This document shows positions 11,547 through 20,614 of a stretch of DNA of 64,000 nt, one piece after another. Source of the stretch: Candidatus Thorarchaeota archaeon (lineage in GTDB: Archaea; Asgardarchaeota; Thorarchaeia; Thorarchaeales; Thorarchaeaceae); the NCBI GenBank assembly GCA_048882045.1, contig JBHLRZ010000007.1:49935-113934 (forward strand). Reading direction: 5' to 3'. The notes under the pieces are model-generated. The model worked only from the letters and a program-made list of their open reading frames with translations. It was not told the DNA's origin and did no database searches. Both the position numbers and the translations under genes were made by a program. Numbering within the stretch: the first letter of the stretch is position 1; each line of letters opens with the position of its first letter.

Positions 11547-12017
11547 TTATAAACTCTGTTTGAACGCTTTTGCACAATGAACACAACAAAAAGTAAGATT
11601 TGTTCCATTGACTTCTTCGTAGTGCGCGCCTTCGAAAACCCTAGCTCCACAACTTGCACAAACCTCTAGGCTGGACCCGAGGGCAGATACTGTGATCGCA
11701 GCAAAACGTTTGAATAACTGGTTGCTAAATCGCTCTCCTTTCTTCGTCATTGAATAGACAATCTTACGTTTCTTCCCTATGTCTTCTTGCTTCTGGGTGA
11801 CCAGCTTCTTTTCTTCGAGTTCCTGCAAAAATGGGTATAGTGTTCCTGGACTTAATTTCTTCCCAGTTCGTTTTTCATAACTTTTCATAAGACCATAACC
11901 ATGCAATGGCTTTTCGTTCAACATCAACAAGATATAGAAATGCGAGAAATCAGCTAGTATTTCCTGAATGTCAGGATGGGGCACTTTCATGTCTTGAATT
12001 GTTTTTTCATTCGTCAT
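11547..12017 (-). CDS. PadR-family winged-helix regulator with C-terminal TRASH metal-binding domain
   Basis: PLHGYGL...SPGTLYPFLQELE...RKIVYSMTKKG; C-terminal CASCG...TFCCVHC. Confidence 0.9.
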   Translation of the reverse strand: MTNEKTIQDMKVPHPDIQEILADFSHFYILLMLNEKPLHGYGLMKSYEKRTGKKLSPGTLYPFLQELEEKKLVTQKQEDIGKKRKIVYSMTKKGERFSNQLFKRFAAITVSALGSSLEVCASCGARVFEGAHYEEVNGTNLTFCCVHCAKAFKQSL

Positions 12018-12206
12018 TTTTGTGTCAACCCAAGGAAGCTCGAATATTTTGAGTCACACAGATAAGGAATAAAGAAGTTCCCGTGTGTGACATATAATCC
12101 AATCCACGAAGCATTTTCCTATAATAGTTGCCTATTTGATTAAACTCTTCCCGATCATGCCGAGAAATGGACTACATTATATGAGATTTTGATGAGTAGC
12201 AATATA

Positions 12207-12402
12207 AATGTATCTTAAGGGATATATCCATAGGGATAATTAATGCCTGCTCTCAGGAATCCCACCGGGGCTCTATCAATGTTAGAAACAGATTTCGGAT
12301 AAGAAAAGCCAATATAGGGTGCCCGACAGAATATTTATATATATCGAGTGGGATATATCTGATTGGATACTATTGTTTGCGATATATCTGAAGAGATTTA
12401 CA
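12207..12402. promoter_or_regulatory. Two GATATATC operator arrays in the divergent regulator / YHS-lon promoter region
   Basis: aatgtatc 12207, GATATATC 12221, gataat 12235; tatatatc 12338, GATATATC 12352, gatac 12366, GATATATC 12381, gattta 12395. Confidence 0.72.
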
Positions 12403-12421
12403 TAAAGCAGAGGCAAAGGAA

Positions 12422-12577
12422 ATGGCTAGAGACCCAATATGTGGAATGATAGTAGATGAGAACACAACCAAGCTAAAGACAGTTCATAAAGGAGAAACTT
12501 TCTACTTCTGTATGATGAGCTGCAAGAAAGCCTTTGACAGTGATCCAGATCGCTTTGCCATCGAATCCACAAATTAA
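12422..12577 (+). CDS. YHS/TRASH domain small metal-binding protein (51 aa, not in ORF track)
   Basis: Hand translation MARDPICGMIVDENTTKLKTVHKGETFYFCMMSCKKAFDSDPDRFAIESTN*; preceded by aaagga. Confidence 0.9.
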   Translation: MARDPICGMIVDENTTKLKTVHKGETFYFCMMSCKKAFDSDPDRFAIESTN

Positions 12578-12598
12578 TAATAGAGCAGGAGATTATCT

Positions 12599-15052
12599 AT
12601 GAAAAAACTGACACCAGAAGAAATTCGGGTTCGTTGTGATGATAGGGAGTTTGCATGCAGAACTAGTGCAGAGCTTTTTCCCCTAGATAATATCGTTGGA
12701 CAGAAACGTGCTCTTGAATCATTGCGATTCGGACTAATGATAAAGGATAAGGGATTCAATGTCTTTGTTGCGGGTATTCCAGGAACTGGTCGCACCACTG
12801 CAGTTTCAAAATTCCTTCAAAATCTTGCAACAAACGAATCGAATGCATCAGATTGGTGCTATGTAACCAATTTCGAGAATCAGTATCACCCACGGGCTCT
12901 TGAGCTTCCATCAAGTAGAGGGATGCAATTAGAGCAGCAAATGGAGAGCTTCATTGAACTTGCTCAAATGACGCTTTCTGAGATGCTGGAAAGTGAGGAA
13001 TATATTATACAAAGAAATCAACTTCTGAAGGTTTTCAAAGACAAACAGCAGGAAATAAGCAATCAAATGGAAAATGAAGCACGAAAAAACGGGTTCATAT
13101 TGCAAGGTTCTAAGACGCGACTACTCTTACTTCCAATAATCAATGGTGAGCCTCTCGATCCTGAAGCAAACGTCCACCTGCCCAAGGAAATCGAAGAGAA
13201 AATCGCAGAAAATCGTGAAGTCGTGGAAAAGCAAATGCGAGTGCTTTTCCGCAAGTTACGTCTTATTGAACGTGAACTTCGTGAAGCTCTTCAGAATAAA
13301 GAACGAGAAGCTGTGCTTTACGCCCTCTCCCCACTTATTGATGACCTTAAGGAGAACTTCAGGGATCTGCCAAGGGTTACACAGTGGATTCAGGAAGTAG
13401 CTGAGGATATCACCGAACATCTTCAGGAATTCATCGGACTCTCAGAAGTTGATTCATCAGATGAGCTGGATTTATCGCAATCGGGATCAATCACACGGGA
13501 AGATTTCACTCATAGATATAGAGTGAATCTGTTCGTTGATAATTTGGGAGCAGATGGCGCTCCTGTTGTAATCCTTGCAAATCCTTCTTATAACAACTTA
13601 TTTGGTGTAATAGAGAAAGAACCACGATATAGCGGACTTAGAACAGACTTTTCTATGATTCGCCCAGGAGCCCTGCATAAGGCAAATGGTGGTTATCTAG
13701 TTGTTCCAGCACTGGAACTTCTAACTTCTCCACATGTCTATCAATCTTTGAAGAGGGCCCTTGAACATAGCGAGATAGTTATCGAAGAACCTCAGGAATC
13801 AAGCAACTTCTTTACTGTGAAGAGTTTACGTCCGGAACCAATCCCATTGGATGTGCAAGTAATTCTAATTGGCGAGGAAGAGATTTACCAAGAGCTTTAC
13901 AATAAGGACCCCGAATTTCGGCAACTTTTCAAGGTAAAGGCAGAATTTGACATTTCGATGGATCGCACGCCTGAAAACATCCATGTATTTGGCTCGTTCA
14001 TTTGTATGATTCACTCAAGGGAAGGGCTGAACCCTTTGAAAGCAGACGCCATTGCAGAAGTAATCGATTATAGCTCCCGCCTAGCGGAGAATCAAAACAA
14101 GCTCTCTATAAGATTTGACATAATAACTGACATCATTCGCGAAGCAAACTTCTATGCGAGCGAAGAAAAAAGCATCACCATAGAAAGAGATCATATCGAA
14201 AAAGCCATCCGTCAAAGATTATACCGATTGAATCTTTATTCAGAGAAGGTTCGTGAGCTCATTAAGAAGAATATCATTTTTATCGATCTTGAGGGGGAAA
14301 CTGTAGGACAAGTAAATGGACTTTCGGTGGTCACTCTTGCAGGTCATACTTTTGGACAAACATCTCGAGTTACAGCTAGTATATCCCCAGGGCACCAGGT
14401 TGTAATAGATATTGAACGTGAATCAAATCTTGGTGGTCCGATTCATACAAAAGGAGTACTCATACTTGCGGGATATCTTGCTAATCGATACGGAAGAGAA
14501 AAACCACTTAGTCTTTCTGCGCGGATTGTCTTTGAGCAGAGTTATGGAGGCGTTGAGGGAGATAGTGCAAGTAGCACAGAACTGTTTGCAATTTTATCTG
14601 CTCTTTCAGGAGTACCTATCCAACAGAGATTTGCTGTAACTGGCTCCGTCGATCAACATGGACGAATTCAAGCTGTGGGAGGAATTAATGAAAAGATTGA
14701 AGGATTTTACGAACTCTGTAAAGCAAAAGGTTTGACCGGGCATCAAGGAGTCTTGATACCAAAAACCAATATTCAGAATTTAATGTTATCAGATGAAGTA
14801 GTTGAAGCTGTTAGGATGGACTCATTCCACATTTATGCAATAGAAAATGTGGATGAAGGCATTGAATTGTTAACTGGTGTACCAGCAGGCAGAAGTCAAG
14901 AGAATGGAAACTATTTGCCAGGATCAATTAATGCAATGGTGGATGAGTTTCTGGTTCGAATGGCCAAAATTATGGAAAAGTATTCTACTGAGAATCACAG
15001 CAAACATGAAATCTCTACTACACCACAACAAGTGACGTTCTCTGGAGGCTGA
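12599..15052 (+). CDS. Lon-like protease, LonC/AAA_32 type (soluble, degenerate ATPase)
   Basis: VGQKRAL, Walker A variant GIPGTGRT, coiled-coil insertion, PGALHKANGGYL, catalytic dyad GDSASS and GGINEKIEG. Confidence 0.92.
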   Translation: MKKLTPEEIRVRCDDREFACRTSAELFPLDNIVGQKRALESLRFGLMIKDKGFNVFVAGIPGTGRTTAVSKFLQNLATNESNASDWCYVTNFENQYHPRALELPSSRGMQLEQQMESFIELAQMTLSEMLESEEYIIQRNQLLKVFKDKQQEISNQMENEARKNGFILQGSKTRLLLLPIINGEPLDPEANVHLPKEIEEKIAENREVVEKQMRVLFRKLRLIERELREALQNKEREAVLYALSPLIDDLKENFRDLPRVTQWIQEVAEDITEHLQEFIGLSEVDSSDELDLSQSGSITREDFTHRYRVNLFVDNLGADGAPVVILANPSYNNLFGVIEKEPRYSGLRTDFSMIRPGALHKANGGYLVVPALELLTSPHVYQSLKRALEHSEIVIEEPQESSNFFTVKSLRPEPIPLDVQVILIGEEEIYQELYNKDPEFRQLFKVKAEFDISMDRTPENIHVFGSFICMIHSREGLNPLKADAIAEVIDYSSRLAENQNKLSIRFDIITDIIREANFYASEEKSITIERDHIEKAIRQRLYRLNLYSEKVRELIKKNIIFIDLEGETVGQVNGLSVVTLAGHTFGQTSRVTASISPGHQVVIDIERESNLGGPIHTKGVLILAGYLANRYGREKPLSLSARIVFEQSYGGVEGDSASSTELFAILSALSGVPIQQRFAVTGSVDQHGRIQAVGGINEKIEGFYELCKAKGLTGHQGVLIPKTNIQNLMLSDEVVEAVRMDSFHIYAIENVDEGIELLTGVPAGRSQENGNYLPGSINAMVDEFLVRMAKIMEKYSTENHSKHEISTTPQQVTFSGG

Positions 15053-15951
15053 TGAGTATGACTAAGCAAAATATCCTCATCAAGAATCTGGAGGGATTGA
15101 ACAAATCCATCTTCTTTAGAACAATGATAGCCCCATTAGAACCTCAGATAATAAAGCAGGAAGTAGTACAATCTGAGCACTTCATAGATTCCGACATCAT
15201 CGTCGAGTTTCTAGAAAATCGTACATACTTGCCTGAGTTTGACTATATCGGTTATGAAGTAAAAACTGTTGATCGTGTTAACGCAGTATATTTAATGATA
15301 AATCCAGATCCATTGAATCTTGATTATGTACCAAAAAACAGTCTGGTTATTTGCCATCACAAAATTTCTACTCACAATAATCGTATCTACAAAAAAATGC
15401 TTGACCACGCAAGAAATTCAAAATTCAACATTTACAACTTCCACCTGGGGTGGGATATTATGGAAGGTGGAATCTTAGATTCATTTCTGTTTGACTTTGG
15501 ATTATCTCATCATGATTTCGAAAAGGTTGATCTTACATATCGAGGTTATCTAATTCCTCAATTAGGAGCTATATTCAAAAAAAGGTTAACAATGGAGGAC
15601 ATAATTAACAGACTTTACATGATGAATGTCCAGCTATCAGTTATCATTAATCCACAATGCAAGGCATCCAAGGTTGGATACATACCTGGTGGTGGTTTTG
15701 TTGATGATATGGTCATAGAAATGGCGGATTTAGGTGTCGATGTTCTCATTTCATCAGACCATAATTGGGTAGTTGAAACTATTGCCAGAGAGGAAAGGAT
15801 GACCCTAATTGAGATTGACCATTATCGCAGTGAACGTCATGGTTTACGAACAATGAAGAACCTCCTTGAGAACTCATTTTCAAACATTCCCATCAATATC
15901 CTAGAGAATGTTGATGGAATGGAACGAGCTCCATGCGATTGTAATTCTTGA
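15052..15951 (+). CDS. NIF3/DUF34-like dinuclear metal-centre protein
   Basis: ICHHK, FHLGWD, IPGGG, ISSD, IDHYRSE; start overlaps the lon stop (TGATG). Confidence 0.75.
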   Translation: MSMTKQNILIKNLEGLNKSIFFRTMIAPLEPQIIKQEVVQSEHFIDSDIIVEFLENRTYLPEFDYIGYEVKTVDRVNAVYLMINPDPLNLDYVPKNSLVICHHKISTHNNRIYKKMLDHARNSKFNIYNFHLGWDIMEGGILDSFLFDFGLSHHDFEKVDLTYRGYLIPQLGAIFKKRLTMEDIINRLYMMNVQLSVIINPQCKASKVGYIPGGGFVDDMVIEMADLGVDVLISSDHNWVVETIAREERMTLIEIDHYRSERHGLRTMKNLLENSFSNIPINILENVDGMERAPCDCNS

Positions 15952-16069
15952 GGAATAAACATCCAAGAAGAACTGTCGTTGGTTAGAATTTAGTGTTAAA
16001 TAGCGAAGTCTTGTTGCATGTTGGCTCAAACATACCTCTTCTATGATCGTTTCTTCAATTTACTCATTT

Positions 16070-16969
16070 CTAATCCATCTTTGATTGAACTCTCTTCGCC
16101 CGAACGATCTTTACATTAACAATAATGTGGCTAGGGTTGATACGTTCCTGATTCTTGGTTTTAATGTAATAGAGTAAAATCAACAAGATATATCCAACAT
16201 ATGCAATGACCTCAATGGCTGAAGGATTCCCATTGTAACCGAATAGAGCTTTTGCGAGTCCACCAATAAGACCTTTCTCATGCAAAAGTGGATAACTGCC
16301 ATCTGGTAATAATGGAGGATTGATGTTCCAAAGTTCACTTGGACCTAAGGCTAAGAAACCTACTTCTTGAAGCTCATGAATACCATAGGCAATCATTCCA
16401 GCGGCAAATAATACCAAAAGGAAAGAAGTTGAATTGAAGAATGATTTTAGACTGATTCGTAATGAGCCTTGATAGATTCCAAATCCGACGAAGGCTGCGA
16501 ATATTAACCCCAAGGCTACTGCAATAAAAGTCGTATAGCCTTCTTGGATTGCTAATGCAGCTGAGAACAGGACTAATTCAACGCCCTCCCGCAAAACAAG
16601 AGCAAAAGCAAGAATGGGTAGACCGAGTTTCCCTCCCACAGTCCTCTCCTCAACGGATTGTCTGATTTCTGTGGTTAGGTTTGTACTCGCCTTTCTCATC
16701 CAGAATATCATAGAAGTCAGGAGAAATGCAGCAAATAAAACAAGTGACCCCTCAAAGACCTCCAGCATTGGTCCTTCAAATGACCCCCAAATCACCCCCA
16801 GCACAGAAGCTAATCCGATACTTGTGATTATTGCAAGTAATGTGCCGCTGATGATGCTACGATTCATATTCTCTCTGCCAGTCTTGCGAAGATAAGAGAA
16901 CATTATTGCAATGACAAGAGCAGCTTCAATACCTTCACGCAGTGCAACAATGAATGGTGCAATGAACAT
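16070..16969 (-). CDS. FTR1/EfeU family iron permease
   Basis: Two RExxE motifs (LREGIE, LREGVE), GIHELQE, ALFGY. Confidence 0.92.
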   Translation of the reverse strand: MFIAPFIVALREGIEAALVIAIMFSYLRKTGRENMNRSIISGTLLAIITSIGLASVLGVIWGSFEGPMLEVFEGSLVLFAAFLLTSMIFWMRKASTNLTTEIRQSVEERTVGGKLGLPILAFALVLREGVELVLFSAALAIQEGYTTFIAVALGLIFAAFVGFGIYQGSLRISLKSFFNSTSFLLVLFAAGMIAYGIHELQEVGFLALGPSELWNINPPLLPDGSYPLLHEKGLIGGLAKALFGYNGNPSAIEVIAYVGYILLILLYYIKTKNQERINPSHIIVNVKIVRAKRVQSKMD

Positions 16970-17128
16970 TATAGAATCCCCCTATCATGGAATATTCCTA
17001 CTCGTCTAGCAGAAATTGACTTCGGAGAATGCCACATAACATAATGTCTATGCTTCTCTAGTCTATAGATAAACGATATAGAAGACCCATTGATTTCCTT
17101 TTTTGGATCCACAACTCTGCTCATGAGT

Positions 17129-17521
17129 TCAACCTCCTCCTGTACCAACCAAAAATACGATTGTGTCACCTTCATCGAGTCTTCTATTCATTTTTTCTTT
17201 TGAATCGAGTCCCATTCTTAGTTTCCAACCCGTTACGATTATTTTCCCATTAACTATGATTATTGTTTCATTACTGAGGGTTTTGCTTTTCTTCTCGTCT
17301 AGATACGCATCCAATGAATAAACAAACTCACTCATCAAGTGATCAATGAGATCAGTGAGCGAAGTTCCTTCTTGAATATGAAGTGGAAATTTGTTATAGT
17401 TTGATTCTCTTAGGCCCCTATTCAACAGCTTAATGAAGACTTGAATCACTGAGTTTTTCCCCTTCGATAGTTTTTGTCTAGAATACAACTTTGGCTTGTT
17501 GTAAATTTTCGAGAGTGTCAT
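17129..17521 (-). CDS. MoaD/ThiS/Urm1/SAMP-like ubiquitin-fold protein with C-terminal GG
   Basis: GTSLTDLIDHL, IIVNG, LDEGDTIVFLVGTGGG-stop; true start may be ~24 codons downstream. Confidence 0.8.
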   Translation of the reverse strand: MTLSKIYNKPKLYSRQKLSKGKNSVIQVFIKLLNRGLRESNYNKFPLHIQEGTSLTDLIDHLMSEFVYSLDAYLDEKKSKTLSNETIIIVNGKIIVTGWKLRMGLDSKEKMNRRLDEGDTIVFLVGTGGG

Positions 17522-17552
17522 ATTGTAGAATTCCTTCTTTGATATGCATCTC

Positions 17553-17738
17553 TTAGCCGCAGCAACCTCGTCGGGGTATTGCTACTATTCTACGCTGTGA
17601 ATAGAAATCGGGGGAATCATCAAAACTTGTTTTGCATGACTGCTTGCAGAAATAGTATCTTTTTCCCATGTAGTCAGAATAATACTTAGTTACGTTTTCG
17701 TTAACCTCTAATCCACAAACTGGATCTTTTACCATCAT
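17553..17738 (-). CDS. YHS/TRASH domain small protein with GCCG tail
   Basis: DPVCGL...YYFCKQSCKTSFDDSPDFY...RRGCCG. Confidence 0.88.
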   Translation of the reverse strand: MMVKDPVCGLEVNENVTKYYSDYMGKRYYFCKQSCKTSFDDSPDFYSQRRIVAIPRRGCCG

Positions 17739-17859
17739 TATATCACCTTCAGTTCCAGTTCTACTCTTGTGCTTTCAATATTCAAGATCTTGGTTAACGA
17801 GCATTGCCATCAAATAGGCCAATTGTTCACCCAATCTCTTGATTCTATATTACCACAAG

Positions 17860-17937
17860 GATATATCGGAACTGTATTATTATGGCACGCTTCAGCTTAT
17901 AAATATATCGTGTTAGATATATCTTGCATGATATATA
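17860..17937. promoter_or_regulatory. GATATATC operator array in 14-bp phase upstream of the YHS-Ubl-FTR1 unit
   Basis: GATATATC 17860, aatatatc 17902, GATATATC 17916, gatatata 17930 (offsets 42, 14, 14). Confidence 0.75.
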
Positions 17938-18030
17938 ATTGCGTTAGTAATTCAAAAGAAAAAAGAGAGAGAAGTGGGAATCTTCTCCCGCCCATTTAAA
18001 AATTGCACAATAATCCTTAGGCTAAGGTCC

Positions 18031-18183
18031 TTACTCTTCAATTCCCACTTCTAGATTGTATTTCTCAGGATTGGCATCAAACATCTTCTTATGCTCTGAG
18101 TTCATAAAGTAGTAGGTCTTGCCCTTATAGACAGATTTGATGTTTGGTTTACCCATCATACCGCAAACGGGACATTTTGACAT
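18031..18183 (-). CDS. YHS-like small protein with altered ligand set (50 aa, not in ORF track)
   Basis: Hand translation MSKCPVCGMMGKPNIKSVYKGKTYYFMNSEHKKMFDANPEKYNLEVGIEE*. Confidence 0.85.
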   Translation of the reverse strand: MSKCPVCGMMGKPNIKSVYKGKTYYFMNSEHKKMFDANPEKYNLEVGIEE

Positions 18184-18259
18184 TTTTTCTTCACCATGTG
18201 TCCAGATCATCTATTCCCATTCAGGATATAGAGTACCCACCAATTGGAGGGCACTCCCA

Positions 18260-18365
18260 TTTATATCCATAGAGATATATCGTAGACGACTATGTCAATG
18301 CCACAAGCAAATATAAATCTATCGTACTAGATATATCCAAGCGGATTTATTCAAGTTGATTATAA
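18260..18365. promoter_or_regulatory. GATATATC operator array in 14-bp phase upstream of the third YHS gene
   Basis: tttatatc 18260, GATATATC 18274, aatctatc 18316, GATATATC 18330, gatttatt 18344, gattataa 18358; all offsets are multiples of 14. Confidence 0.75.
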
Positions 18366-18444
18366 ATTAGTAGTTCATCTATTCTTTTGGTATGAGTTGT
18401 ATTGAAGACATTCGAGTTCATTGGAACTCAAAATCGTCTCATTA

Positions 18445-19032
18445 CTAGCCAACGAAGTATTCGCTTTCCTTCTCATTCGCAGCTTCACTCATCATTCTTA
18501 GAAGCTCATGAAAGGTGTCCTGAATATTAGCCCCAGTCCTTGCAGAGGTTTCTCGGAATATTGCTGGGACTCCGAGTTTGTTGATGAAGTACTGTGTGAA
18601 TGCCTGACCTTCTTCTGGAGTTACATACTTTTTCTTGTCGAGACTCGTTCTCAGATCTATCTTGTTACCGATAATTACAGTTGGTGGAAGTGGCCCCATG
18701 TTCCTAAAAGCTTCAACCAGCCATTTAGAGGCATTATCAAATGACTCACGATCGATTACAGAATACACAAGTAGGATTCCGTTGCAGCCAGCATAATAAT
18801 GACCTCGCACTTTCTCGAAAGTCGGCTGACCTGCCAGGTCCCAAATGATGAACTTGACAACATCCTGCTCGAACAACACACGCTTGGTAGCGAGGTCGAC
18901 ACCGATTGTGGCAAGGTGTCCCTCGATGAAGTCCTCTCCAAGATAATTGCGTCTGATACTTGTCTTTCCGACAGCTCCGTCTCCAATAAGGACTGCTTTC
19001 ATGATTTTGCTGCCGTCGTCTTGGTCTCGCAT
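18445..19032 (-). CDS. Rab-like small GTPase
   Basis: GDGAVGKT, TIGVD, WDLAGQ, NKID, TSAR. Confidence 0.93.
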   Translation of the reverse strand: MRDQDDGSKIMKAVLIGDGAVGKTSIRRNYLGEDFIEGHLATIGVDLATKRVLFEQDVVKFIIWDLAGQPTFEKVRGHYYAGCNGILLVYSVIDRESFDNASKWLVEAFRNMGPLPPTVIIGNKIDLRTSLDKKKYVTPEEGQAFTQYFINKLGVPAIFRETSARTGANIQDTFHELLRMMSEAANEKESEYFVG

Positions 19033-19191
19033 GTCGTGGATCTCCTCAGTACCTTGTTGGCGTGATGTAGTTCACAAGCCCTCCCGAATAATGTGACTAC
19101 AGAAAATGCAAAGCTTGGTGCAAGATAAGGTTAATGTTCTAGAACCAAAAAGAGCTTGTGATAGGAATCCCCATCAAACATCATGTGATGG

Positions 19192-20418
19192 TCACTCAAA
19201 TAGAGAACGTATTATCTTAGTCATCTTTCGAGGACTAACAGATCCAATCTTAATTCTTTCACAAGAATGAAACGTAGCAAAATCAGAAACACCTTGCCTG
19301 AGTCGCTCTAAACCATCGCGAGACTGCAATGATTCTTCTTCCAAGTAGAGTGATTTAATCTCAAGTACTCCCTCTTTTCTATGAACCTTAGCATCTAATC
19401 TGCCAGCCAACTGGATCCCATCTAGAATGGGAAGCACAAAGTATCCATAGATGCGTTTTGAAGCAGGAACATAACACTCGATTGTGTATTCAAAGTTCCA
19501 AATTTGTTGAGGAAAGTGCCTCTCACGAAGAATGTTGTCAAACGGTGTAAGAATCTTGATAGGCGCTTCATCAGAAACAACATTCTGATTGAGTAGAGCA
19601 TCAACAGAACTCTGGAGTATGTAGTATTTACCCTTCACACCCTCAATGGAAACGGTCTCGAGAGCACCATCAGAAACCTTTTCATCCAAGAACGCTTCAA
19701 CCTCGGTCTTCTTGCCGTTCCAGAGTTTTTGCGCAGGAAGGCGTCCGAGGTATGTACGAATGTCCTGATAGTTTCCCAGACCCAACGAACCAAGGGTTGT
19801 CTCAACTATGAATCTTGCAGCCTCATCATTCGAAAGTGGTTCTGTATCAATCCCGGGAGGGATTACTCGTTCTGCGAGGTCGTACTGCTTCTGGAAGTTC
19901 TCCCTGTAGGCAACCATCAGTCTTCCAGTTGTATACAGATATTCCAATGCTCGTTTCTCAACCTTCCAGTCCCACCAACCATCTGACTTTGTCTTTCGCT
20001 CTCCAACAGAGGCACTGTTTGTAATCCCCTCCTTCTTAACTTTCTTGTAGACTTGCTCGATGAGACCCTTGTTCTCTTTGCCCCACTTTCGGAACGACGC
20101 CCAGAGTTCCTCGGGGTAGAAAGATCGCCTCCACGCATAGAAGGGGTAGGTCGCTATAGGCATCAGACAGGCAGAATGGGACCAATACTCGAAGAGCTTG
20201 CCCTCCTTCTGCAGTTCCCAGATGTCACCCTCTCGATAATTGGGATAGCGATTGAATGAGATGAGGTTGTGACTTCTTGACACTACTGATATCGTATCGA
20301 TCTGGATGCTGTGGATCCGATTGGCTACATCCAACGTGGACTTGCTTGGCTTGTCGGTTCTGAGACCCTGTGCATCAAGAACCAGTCTCCTTACGTCCTC
20401 GATGGATGCTTCAATCAT
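19192..20418 (-). CDS. ycaQ: YcaQ/AlkZ-like (HTH_42) crosslink-repair DNA glycosylase
   Basis: IQIDTISVVSRSH (QxD), FEYWSH, GWWDWK, YDLAERV, LTPFDN, ECYVPASKRIYGYFVLPIL, GRLDAK. Confidence 0.88.
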   Translation of the reverse strand: MIEASIEDVRRLVLDAQGLRTDKPSKSTLDVANRIHSIQIDTISVVSRSHNLISFNRYPNYREGDIWELQKEGKLFEYWSHSACLMPIATYPFYAWRRSFYPEELWASFRKWGKENKGLIEQVYKKVKKEGITNSASVGERKTKSDGWWDWKVEKRALEYLYTTGRLMVAYRENFQKQYDLAERVIPPGIDTEPLSNDEAARFIVETTLGSLGLGNYQDIRTYLGRLPAQKLWNGKKTEVEAFLDEKVSDGALETVSIEGVKGKYYILQSSVDALLNQNVVSDEAPIKILTPFDNILRERHFPQQIWNFEYTIECYVPASKRIYGYFVLPILDGIQLAGRLDAKVHRKEGVLEIKSLYLEEESLQSRDGLERLRQGVSDFATFHSCERIKIGSVSPRKMTKIIRSLFE

Positions 20419-20614
20419 GATTGAGTATCCAGATAGCGCCCCCTGATAATTTCATCCCTCAAAGAAAACGAGGATATCAGATGCAGATAAAGCCTCAGTC
20501 AAATTCCTCGTTCAACATAATTGGCTACGCGGTCAGCACGAGAGGCATCCCCTCCCTCCCCAGCTGATGGGAGTGTAGATATTATAAACAAGCTATCACA
20601 TTGGAATATCAATT

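Noticed and set aside
16969-17175. Short ORF between Ubl and FTR1 (possible start 17124, MSRVVDP...)
   Set aside because: No recognisable motif or Cys ligands; cannot distinguish a real gene or YHS relic from a chance ORF
11454-18365. Phased short repeats as CRISPR or origin iterons
   Set aside because: Units are 8 bp with 6-bp spacers and lie at promoters; no cas or cdc6/rep genes in the window
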